DNA of 56,787 nt, filler included, from Theionarchaea archaeon (GTDB lineage: Archaea; Methanobacteriota_B; Thermococci; Methanofastidiosales; SZ-28-30): NCBI GenBank assembly GCA_018992565.1. It is 3 parts of 3 records of this genome, joined end to end, with 100 filler letters (N's around TTAATTAATTAA, not from the genome) between each part and the next. Parts side by side here need not be neighbours in the genome. Positions count along the whole stretch, not along the records: positions 38,602 to 56,787 come from JACVGW010000056.1; 2 more parts are not named here. One strand, given 5' to 3'. The notes under the pieces were generated by a model that saw nothing but the letters and a program-made list of their open reading frames with translations, was not told the DNA's origin and did not search any database. Both the position numbers and the translations under genes were made by a program. Position 1 is the first letter of the stretch. Every line of letters starts with the position of its first letter. Below are positions 40,149 to 48,237 of this stretch, piece after piece.

Positions 40149-41225
40149 GTGACTTTAAATGACACTGAAAAGAAGCTTCTCACCCTGCTTGGAAAAGATT
40201 GCTCACTTTCCAGGTCAAGACTGCAGCACTACCTGCAGTACAGAAGGATGAACACCGTGAGCAGCAAGATAGCCCACCTGAGAAAGGCAGGGTACATGAG
40301 AGGACCCTTCTACCATATTAACCTGAATGCAGTGGGGAAAAATCGCGTTTACAACATACTGGCTGAAATCAGGTTCGATCCCAGAGAGTACAGTTCTGCC
40401 TTTGAACTGGTCACTGTCATTGACTGCTGGGAATGGATTTTTCCTACCATGCAGGGAGATACTCTCTTTATTGTTTTCAGGTCCAACTACTATGCGTACC
40501 TCACACGGCTCCTTTCCCTCATCAAACAGGCGGGACTCATAACGTATGAGGTGCATTCTTCCCAGAATCGATGGTTTGTCCAGAATCCTGATTTCTTTGG
40601 GGAGATAATCCCGCAGGTCTCCAGTGGGTTCAAGGATGTGACTATTGACCTGGCGTACCCGGGACCGCACTCTGATATTTCGTGGAGGTTCATTGACCTG
40701 CAGGTGATGCAGTACTTGCAGGTGAAAACGTGTACTATCAGTGAAATACAGCGGATAGAAAAAAGAGTCTATGGACGGTTCTGGAGGCGCAGCCAGATCA
40801 AGTACAGCATGGAGAAGATCTGTGGGGCTGGAATTGCAGAAAGAAAACACTATAATATCTCTCCATTCCCCTGGGTTGAGAGCCTGGGGTTCTTACTACT
40901 GGTGGAAGGTGATCCAGAGGACGTGGTCAGATTCGTGGTGAATTTTGGCCAGGACTGCAGGATGTACAAAGCATATACAGTGTGCAGGGACATGGGATTT
41001 ATCTGGTGTGTCACAAGTCCACAGGTAGGACCTGAATTGATGAATACACTTGGGAGTCTCTCTCCACGGATTAATATCCGATGTCTCCAGCTGAAATCTG
41101 TCCACGACCCCCTGAAAAGGTCATTCAATGACGAGCACTTTGACATTGAGACGCAGCGGTGGACATTTCCCTTTGCGAAGTATAAGGAGGAGATCCAGGC
41201 CCTCATTGAAAAAAAAGAAAAATGA
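40149..41225 (+). CDS. wHTH regulator with apparent tandem Lrp/AsnC-like architecture
   Basis: wHTH LNDTEKKLLTLLGKD...VSSKIAHLRKAGY; second unit IDLQVMQYL...; SD GGAGGG; homologous to 37142-38386. Confidence 0.7.
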   Translation: MTLNDTEKKLLTLLGKDCSLSRSRLQHYLQYRRMNTVSSKIAHLRKAGYMRGPFYHINLNAVGKNRVYNILAEIRFDPREYSSAFELVTVIDCWEWIFPTMQGDTLFIVFRSNYYAYLTRLLSLIKQAGLITYEVHSSQNRWFVQNPDFFGEIIPQVSSGFKDVTIDLAYPGPHSDISWRFIDLQVMQYLQVKTCTISEIQRIEKRVYGRFWRRSQIKYSMEKICGAGIAERKHYNISPFPWVESLGFLLLVEGDPEDVVRFVVNFGQDCRMYKAYTVCRDMGFIWCVTSPQVGPELMNTLGSLSPRINIRCLQLKSVHDPLKRSFNDEHFDIETQRWTFPFAKYKEEIQALIEKKEK

Positions 41226-41255
41226 AAAGAGAGTACGTTCTTTTTCATGCCTGAT

Positions 41256-41351
41256 CTAGCAGGGACTGCCAGGGTCATCTCCTGGTTTTCCCCCTGAGGG
41301 GGTCACTCCCCCGAGAACATAAGGCAATCCAAGTGCGCCCATAGTGTACAT
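41256..41351 (-). CDS. Unannotated 31-aa Gly/Pro-rich peptide MYTMGALGLPYVLGGVTPSGGKPGDDPGSPC
   Basis: Strong SD GAGGTGA 4 nt before ATG and TATA box TTTTATATAT about 30-40 nt upstream. Below the ORF-track size cutoff. Confidence 0.65.
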   Translation of the reverse strand: MYTMGALGLPYVLGGVTPSGGKPGDDPGSPC

Positions 41352-41533
41352 TTTCTCACCTCATATGTCAATTTGAATACATATATAAAATCAATTTTGA
41401 ATTTATCAAGAAATAGTTGTTTTATTGTAATTTGCTTCAATAGAAGTCCTGATTCTTAATAGTTGTCTCATTTCTTGAGATTCTACCACTAGAAATGTTG
41501 GTACAGAGGACCTGCTTCACCTTGCGAATACGA

Positions 41534-42919
41534 TCACTCTGTATTCTCAGGAGAATCGTCCAGTACCATGAGATCTTCCATCTTGAATGTGGAGAGCTCT
41601 CTGTATCTCTTCTCAATCTCCTGTGACGTCCCCGTCTGCAGTGCCCGTAGATACGCCCCTTCCAGGAAGTCTCCTTTTTTCTTTCTGTCTATCTGCCTGA
41701 TGTTGTGTTCCACTTTTTTCATATCTGCAGGTTCATGCATTTCCCTGTAGAGGGCCAGGCTTTCCTCCCACACCGTCCTGGCTCTGTCCAAATCTTCCTT
41801 TCGGGCATAGCAGAGCCCTTCATTGTAGAGGGTTGAGGCTCTCCGGGATATGTTGCTACCTGCCAGGGTGAGGGCCTCAGAGAACAAGGTCAATGCTTCA
41901 TCAACATCATCATTCATGTAGAGACAGGAACCCAGATTGTTCAGAATATCAGACAGCAGCAACGGATCCTGGAAGGTCTGGAGAATCCTCTGGCACCTCT
42001 TGTAGTACTGCTCAGCCACCGTGTATTTTTCCTTCTTGAATGATACATTTCCCAGTCCTTTTAATGCATATGCTCTTCCCCGCATGTCTTCACATTCTTC
42101 ACAGATTCCCTCCATGCAAACGTAGAGCTCTTCTGCCTTATCCAGGTTATTCTTCAGTTCGTAGATGATACCCTGGTTGTACAGCACCCAGATACGCTGG
42201 GATGTCTCAAGACCATCCGGGATGCTGTGCTCCATGGCATAGAAAAGCGAACCATCATCCTCTTTTTGCTGGTCAGCCACTCTCCTGAGCACTTCCTTGA
42301 GGCTATTGTCCCATTCCTCTGCTGTACGCAGTTTCCGAGTCGCATCAATTCGTGTCATATAAAAGATCTCCTCCCCCTTCTTTGACAGCCTATACTGGTT
42401 TTGGTCAATATGACTCCGTTTCTTGTACTGGATATACCCCTTCATTCTCAGGTGTTTTATGTTCCGGTAGATATTTGCCCTGGATGTCCCCTTTATGTCA
42501 GGTAACGCGGTACGGAAATATGCTTCAATGTCCCCTGTGGTGGCCCTTCGGCTCGTTCCCACCACGTGGATGATGTGAAACATCACTTCCCAGGGCTTTG
42601 CTTCAAGTTCGGCCATGGCACTGGTGAGGGTCTCTTTGATGTGATGTCGCGAGTCTTCTGAAACCTGCTGGAAGGGTAGTCGTTCCTCAAAAAGGTTCAA
42701 TCCCCTGGAAGTCAGTGTGTAAAAGACAGGAATATCTTTTTTTTCGATTCGTTCCAGATATTCACCAATAAGAAGTCGCTGCAGCACTGTCTGAATCCTC
42801 TCGCCTCCCACGGTCTTCACCTGGTCTTTCAGAATTTTCCTCCCATGACGCCGTGCGAAGTCCAGTATATCAACCATGAGTTCAACATCTCGTTCCTCAT
42901 GGCTGCCGGGTGGAGTCAT
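41534..42919 (-). CDS. Double winged-HTH + TPR putative transcriptional regulator
   Basis: Two wHTH wings (YTLTSRG; SRANIYRNIKHLRMKGYI...YRLSKKG), then about 4-5 TPRs (LYNQGIIY, ALKGLGNV, ILNNLGSC, TLYNEGLCY). Confidence 0.82.
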   Translation of the reverse strand: MTPPGSHEERDVELMVDILDFARRHGRKILKDQVKTVGGERIQTVLQRLLIGEYLERIEKKDIPVFYTLTSRGLNLFEERLPFQQVSEDSRHHIKETLTSAMAELEAKPWEVMFHIIHVVGTSRRATTGDIEAYFRTALPDIKGTSRANIYRNIKHLRMKGYIQYKKRSHIDQNQYRLSKKGEEIFYMTRIDATRKLRTAEEWDNSLKEVLRRVADQQKEDDGSLFYAMEHSIPDGLETSQRIWVLYNQGIIYELKNNLDKAEELYVCMEGICEECEDMRGRAYALKGLGNVSFKKEKYTVAEQYYKRCQRILQTFQDPLLLSDILNNLGSCLYMNDDVDEALTLFSEALTLAGSNISRRASTLYNEGLCYARKEDLDRARTVWEESLALYREMHEPADMKKVEHNIRQIDRKKKGDFLEGAYLRALQTGTSQEIEKRYRELSTFKMEDLMVLDDSPENTE

Positions 42920-43027
42920 AGTCTTTTCTGGGAGTATTATTTAATATGGGTTTTGTCTCTTTGCAGAATTTGAGACTTTACTATAGAAAGAGCATTTATG
43001 TGATATATGACCACTGGTGCAGCTACT

Positions 43028-43450
43028 CTATGGATTTGATTTCTGGTTCATATTCTCCATGAAAAAGTCAATAATCTCCATAGATAACTCTGTTGAAACC
43101 TCTCTCTGTACCAGGAGGTCCAGCATCTCCTGTCTGAGGTTCTGGGTACCACGGTGTTCTTTCTGGTTCACCATGGTGAAGAGAAGGTAGAATGCATGAA
43201 TAACTCCCGGGGCCACGATGACATCGTGCTTACCCACCCGTGCAGGTGGTCCCTGTAATCCCCTGACTGTTGGTCCTCTCAGGTCCCGGGCTGCAGGCCT
43301 CTTCCCCCGGGCAACTGCACCACTCTGGAGGGCCTGTGTAAAGGTTTCCCACGCAATGTCAAAGGTTTGAGCTTCATCAGGATAGTATCTTTTCATGAAC
43401 TCACACGCATACTGCTTGACATGATCCATGATGCAGGGTTCTGTGTTCAT
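43028..43450 (-). CDS. Small hypothetical protein (140 aa): two helical blocks separated by an Arg/Gly/Pro-rich linker
   Basis: SD GGAGG before ATG 43450; linker ARGKRPAARDLRGPTVRGLQGPPAR. Confidence 0.7.
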   Translation of the reverse strand: MNTEPCIMDHVKQYACEFMKRYYPDEAQTFDIAWETFTQALQSGAVARGKRPAARDLRGPTVRGLQGPPARVGKHDVIVAPGVIHAFYLLFTMVNQKEHRGTQNLRQEMLDLLVQREVSTELSMEIIDFFMENMNQKSNP

Positions 43451-43606
43451 GAGAGTCCTCCCGATACAGACAGTACTTGATGTACTAGATATCACCAATT
43501 CTTTATAAGGTTTTTTGACTGGTTCTGGAGGTTGACAAAACCTATAATAATGTGGGATTGAATAGTACTGCAGTGTCAGACGTGAGAAATAGAGCGGGAG
43601 GTATGT

Positions 43607-46155
43607 ATGATTATCCACCCAAGAATCCTCTACCTGCTTTCTGCACCCCTGGTAGCTCTGGACGGCTGCCCATTAGATGCACTTGACATGGAATCAGAGC
43701 GAGATGTCATTGTGCGGGAACTGGCTGCCTGCAAGAAAGAGGTCCTGGTTCGCATTGGTCATGCCACCACAGAGGAACTGGCCAGGAGCATTGCAGAAGA
43801 ATTCAACATTCTGTATGTGAGCAGCCATGGGCGTGAGGAATTCCTCTTATTTGAGGACGGAAAGGGGGGAAGCCATGCTGTGACAGGTGACTACCTCAAA
43901 AGACTCATCCAGATGGGGGGGCCTTTTGAACTTGCTGTGGTCACAGCCTGTTATTCTGAGAAAATAGGTGAAATGCTTGTGGAGGCTGGTATCCGGCACG
44001 TTGTTGCTATAACATGCGACACCCCCGTGCTGGACCATGCAGCTATCGTTTTTGTGGGCCAATTCTTTCGCAGCCTTCTTCAAGGAGATTCTGTAAGAAA
44101 AGCATTTGAAATGGCCAGCCTCCTGGTGGAAGGAAATCCTGAATTGAAAAAAATAAAACCCCAGCTGGAGTTTTTGGCCTCAAGAAGGGGAATGCCATTT
44201 GTACCTGAAGAGGACAAGTTTGTCCTCCTTCCTTCAGACAGTGCTGTCCATGAGAACGTACTGCTCTCTGCAGAAGTCCCGGAGGGGGATCTCGTGGTGG
44301 AGGAACCTACAGGAAGAACCTTCCTCCTCCCGGTGAGACCACACTCCTTCACAGGGAGATCTTTGGAGATGTATGATATTATCAATGAACTGGGCATGGG
44401 GCGGCTTGTCACCATCACGGGAGTGGGGGGGATTGGGAAGACCATGGTCGCCATAGAAGTGGCCCGCTGGTTCTGCACACGGGCTCAATTCCCGGATGGG
44501 GTCTTTTATGTGGACCTGCGGCAGACAGACACTGTGGAGGGTGTTATTGATGTACTTGGGAGTGCACTGGGAGTGCAGTCAGCTGAGCTGGAAGATGTGG
44601 TTGTACATCTGGGTGGACGTCACGTCCTGCTGGTACTGGACAATGCTGAAGACATACTCTGGCAGGATGAACGTTCCATGCAGCAGGTTGTGGACTACAT
44701 CCTCAGGTTCACATCACATACCACCCTGCTGGTTACAAGCCAGCGCCCCGTTGGGGGAAACCTGCATGAATCAGAACATATCTATCGTCTGTGTTCCTTA
44801 GAACAGGATGATGCTGCCCTCCTCTTCCTCTTAACTGCAAGAAGAAGGCTCTTCAGGGAAGAATGGGAATCAGGGACGTTCTTAACGTTGATGGAGCAGC
44901 TGGGAGGGCATCCACTGTCTATTGTGCTCTCAGCATGTCAGCTGGTGCCAGGCGCAGCCCTGGAAGACCTGATGAAGAGGATAGGTCGGTACAGAGCAAG
45001 AGCATTCAAAGTGAGAGACATAACAGAGAGAGATAGAGACCACGGAGAAAGCCTGGTGGCCTCTCTGTCCTCAGCGTATGACAGCCTCTCTGATGACGCA
45101 AAGACCCTCTTTGGTGTGCTTTCTCTTCTGCCTGCTGGAGCGCAGGAGGAGATGCTCACGTCTATATGGGGGGATATGGCCTGGGAGTACATCCGTGAGT
45201 TGAATGAAGCCTCACTGGTGGAAATGAGAAATCGGCGGGCCACCCTGCTGCCACCTGTCAGGCTCTTCGCCACCACTGTGACAGGTGACGAGATCAGAAC
45301 CCAGTATGGCCCCAGGATTCTGGAATTCTTGGGAACGTACGTGAAGACACTGTACAAACACCATACTGCAGGTGACGCACGGGAGTATCGGTCCTGTTTT
45401 TCTGTGGATGAACCAAATCTCCGTTCTGCCATTCATCTCCCCTGTGAACCTCCTCAAACAGAAAAGGAACGTTCAGCCATTGGATTGCTGTCACCTCGCC
45501 TCATGTACCTATATTTCTACCATGACAGGCTAAAGGAGGCCAGAGAAGTTGGCGAGAGAATGTTATCTATCCTCGAGGGACTGCATGATCACGTGGGTAG
45601 GGCAGATACATTGCTGGTCTTGGGACTGGTTTCGGTGGAGAGAGGTGACCTAGAAGAGGCCCGATTGCAGTATGAAACAGCTCTCTCAATCTATGAGGAG
45701 GTTAGAGATACTAAGTGGGAGGCAAACACGCTCTGGAAACTGGGCGGGCTCTTCATGCTGTCAGGTGATTTTGGAAAGGCTCAATCCACGTATGAAAGAG
45801 CTCTCAGGATGTATCATCAGATTGATGAGAACCTGGGGGAAGCAAATATCCTCCAGGACCTGGGTGACCTCCTCATGCTGTCAGGTGATTNNNNNNNNNN
45901 NNNNNNNNNNNNNNNNNNNNNNNNNNNNNNNNNNNNNNNNNNNNNNNNNNNNNNNNNNNNNNNNNNNNNNNNNNNNNNNNNNNNNNNNNNCACTATAGAG
46001 CAGTGCAGTGGCTCATCCTGTACGCAGTTCAGCTCAGAACTCAGAATCTTGAAGAAGGTGCCATGATGTGCCTGGAATATGCTGGAGAATTTGCAGCCAG
46101 AGCACGAAATCAGTCCCTTCAATCACAAGTTGAGCAGCACCTCGGGAAAACATAG
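43607..46155 (+). CDS. CHAT (caspase-like) protease - STAND/NB-ARC NTPase - TPR protein, interrupted by a scaffold gap
   Basis: CHAT dyad YVSSHG...LFED...VTACYS; FTGR; Walker A GVGGIGKT; Walker B LLVLDNAE; VTSQR; GHPL; 40-aa TPRs. After the gap an open frame HYRAVQW...EQHLGKT* (45991-46155) is the likely true C-terminus. Confidence 0.88.
45891..45990. other. 100-N scaffold gap within TPR repeats
   Basis: Run of N. Confidence 0.97.
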
Positions 46156-46276
46156 TACAGAATCCTCCGTACATATCCTTGTAGAATACTACGAGTTCAC
46201 TCTGCATTCTCGCTTTCGAACTGGAACGAATTTGAACGGGGAAGAAAATGAAGGAAAAAATTGCCTTTCTTTACTG

Positions 46277-47605
46277 TCATGAAGGCAGCCAGTTCTTGAT
46301 GCTGTTGGAAGCCTCATCTACCAACGTTGTAGAACACTGCAGCAATTCAGTAGCCTCTCCCAGGTACTGAGCAGCCAATGTGGCAGCCGAGTTGAGGTCT
46401 TGTCCGTTCGGTGGAGATACCTCCTTTTTGAGTGTTTCAGCTCTTTTTCTAAGATCAACTTTCATCCCGTGGTATATGTCTGCTCTTTCAATGAATTTCC
46501 TTCTAAATTCAACTGCACGTGAGCTATTCTTTCCAATCTCCTCATCATATGCCAGCAAGATATTGTAGGTAAGCCCGATCATGCCTCCTGGATGCTCTGG
46601 TTCCGTCGGCCACACCTCTTCGGTAACCGCCCTGTTTTCCAGGTTGCAGGCACTTATAACTACTGAGCAGCAGCTCTTTATAGTGTTCTCGTCATGAGAG
46701 CCTGCATCGCGTGCCTGTGTGGCGAAGCCATTGATATTGATTTCCGATCGTGAGGCCTCGCTTGGGACACCTGCTGAATCAGAGGCCATCTCCATGCAGC
46801 GGATGGTGATTTCTCCCATAGGCATTGGCCTCTTTTCATTGGGTGTAGTCCCGGGTCCGTGAAGACTGGTAAATCCTGACTCAGGAGAGCTCGGTTCCTC
46901 GTAGACACTTCTTGCCATCCCAAGAATGTTCTGCGCCAAATCCACAACAGAAACCACAAGACTGTCACTGTCTATTCCTATTTCAGAAACAGAGGCTACC
47001 ATTTCCTCTTTCACGTAGTCTCTCCCGGGACTCGCTATTGCTGCCTCTGTTCTCGGAATAATACTGAATAAAAGGTAGGAGACTGTCTGCATGGTATTTC
47101 TCAACCGTTTAAGGACTGCCTCTGCATCCAGCCTGATCTTCTTTTCTGCACCATCAATAAGCTGTCTATTGAACCTTCTAGTTTCTCTTTGAAATTCTTC
47201 TGTCACGTTCTCACCTCCTTTGCAGCGATACCAGAGTGATCCAACCCCCATCAACTTCAGTATGAAAATGATCACAGCTGCCAGGAGTAATCCCAAGAAA
47301 ACAGCAGATATATCCCAGACCACTGTCATACACGAGACGCTGAGAGCCTCTTCCTCAGCCCCACAGAACCCCTGCAATGCAGTATGAAGATCTGCCCGTA
47401 AAGCAGCACAGGAAAAAGCCATCACCAGCCCGTCATATGTAGCAGCTGCACTCCACCTGAGCACATCCGCCTTGGGACCTGAGAATCCAGTAACCCACAG
47501 GTTCAGCCTCTCATTCAGAACTATTTCTGTGAAAAAGACAGCGGAAATAAGACAAACTATGTCTGTGCCGCAGCACGTAACCTGCATAAATCCAGCACAT
47601 TCCAT
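46277..47605 (-). CDS. Hypothetical protein: hydrophobic N-terminal part plus helical C-terminal domain (possibly two fused genes)
   Basis: SD GGAGGT before ATG 47605; a second perfect SD GGAGGTGA precedes an in-frame GTG at 47206. Confidence 0.55.
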   Translation of the reverse strand: MECAGFMQVTCCGTDIVCLISAVFFTEIVLNERLNLWVTGFSGPKADVLRWSAAATYDGLVMAFSCAALRADLHTALQGFCGAEEEALSVSCMTVVWDISAVFLGLLLAAVIIFILKLMGVGSLWYRCKGGENVTEEFQRETRRFNRQLIDGAEKKIRLDAEAVLKRLRNTMQTVSYLLFSIIPRTEAAIASPGRDYVKEEMVASVSEIGIDSDSLVVSVVDLAQNILGMARSVYEEPSSPESGFTSLHGPGTTPNEKRPMPMGEITIRCMEMASDSAGVPSEASRSEININGFATQARDAGSHDENTIKSCCSVVISACNLENRAVTEEVWPTEPEHPGGMIGLTYNILLAYDEEIGKNSSRAVEFRRKFIERADIYHGMKVDLRKRAETLKKEVSPPNGQDLNSAATLAAQYLGEATELLQCSTTLVDEASNSIKNWLPS

Positions 47606-47895
47606 CCTGATACCTCCTGCTAATTGCCGCGCAATTCTCTTCATACTTCTACTGGTTATTGGAAATATTTCTATTTAAGCCTTTCTACTTTCTGAATATT
47701 CAATTACCGGACTATTGAATGAACTTTAACAGGGTTGATGTTCACACTGTGAAGAGAAATAGATAGCTCTTGCATGAGATGTTGGCAGCCTGGAGTAATC
47801 TCGAGAAAGAAAAGTGAAGGAAAGACTGAATTTCAGGTGCACAGGTGGACCATTTGTGAGAATGGCGACTTTTCGCGGAATGAAGCAGATTTCTC

Positions 47896-48072
47896 TTAAT
47901 CTAATTTCTCAACAATAAGGAGGAAATCTACACGATGCCACCACAAGAATTTTAGAGTAATATTCGGGACTATTGCCACGACCTCTCCTTTCAGGCCATT
48001 GAGGAACTGCTCCAACCTGCTCTGATCTTTTGCCATATCGATATCAAATCGGTGGACTCTGTATGAATTCAA
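47896..48072 (-). CDS. Small hypothetical protein (58 aa) missed by the ORF track
   Basis: TTG start after GGAGATGA; MNSYRVHRFDIDMAKDQSRLEQFLNGLKGEVVAIVPNITLKFLWWHRVDFLLIVEKLD has a beta-alpha-beta protein-like pattern. Confidence 0.7.
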   Translation of the reverse strand: MNSYRVHRFDIDMAKDQSRLEQFLNGLKGEVVAIVPNITLKFLWWHRVDFLLIVEKLD

Positions 48073-48237
48073 CTTTCATCATCTCCTTTCATGATCTACT
48101 CTTGAAAAGGATCTATGACTTAAAAAGATTCCCCAGTTTTTTGACAGAAATGGGGTAAATGACATGAGAAATGACTCTTTCCCACAATGCAACACAGGGT
48201 ACATTCATTTAGGTTGGGCACCCGAATGAGGCGAAAA

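Noticed and set aside
45991..46066. ORF-track C-terminus TIEQCSGSS... of the CHAT-STAND protein
   Set aside because: The frame is carried across an arbitrary 100-N gap; another frame ending at 46155 is longer and more protein-like.
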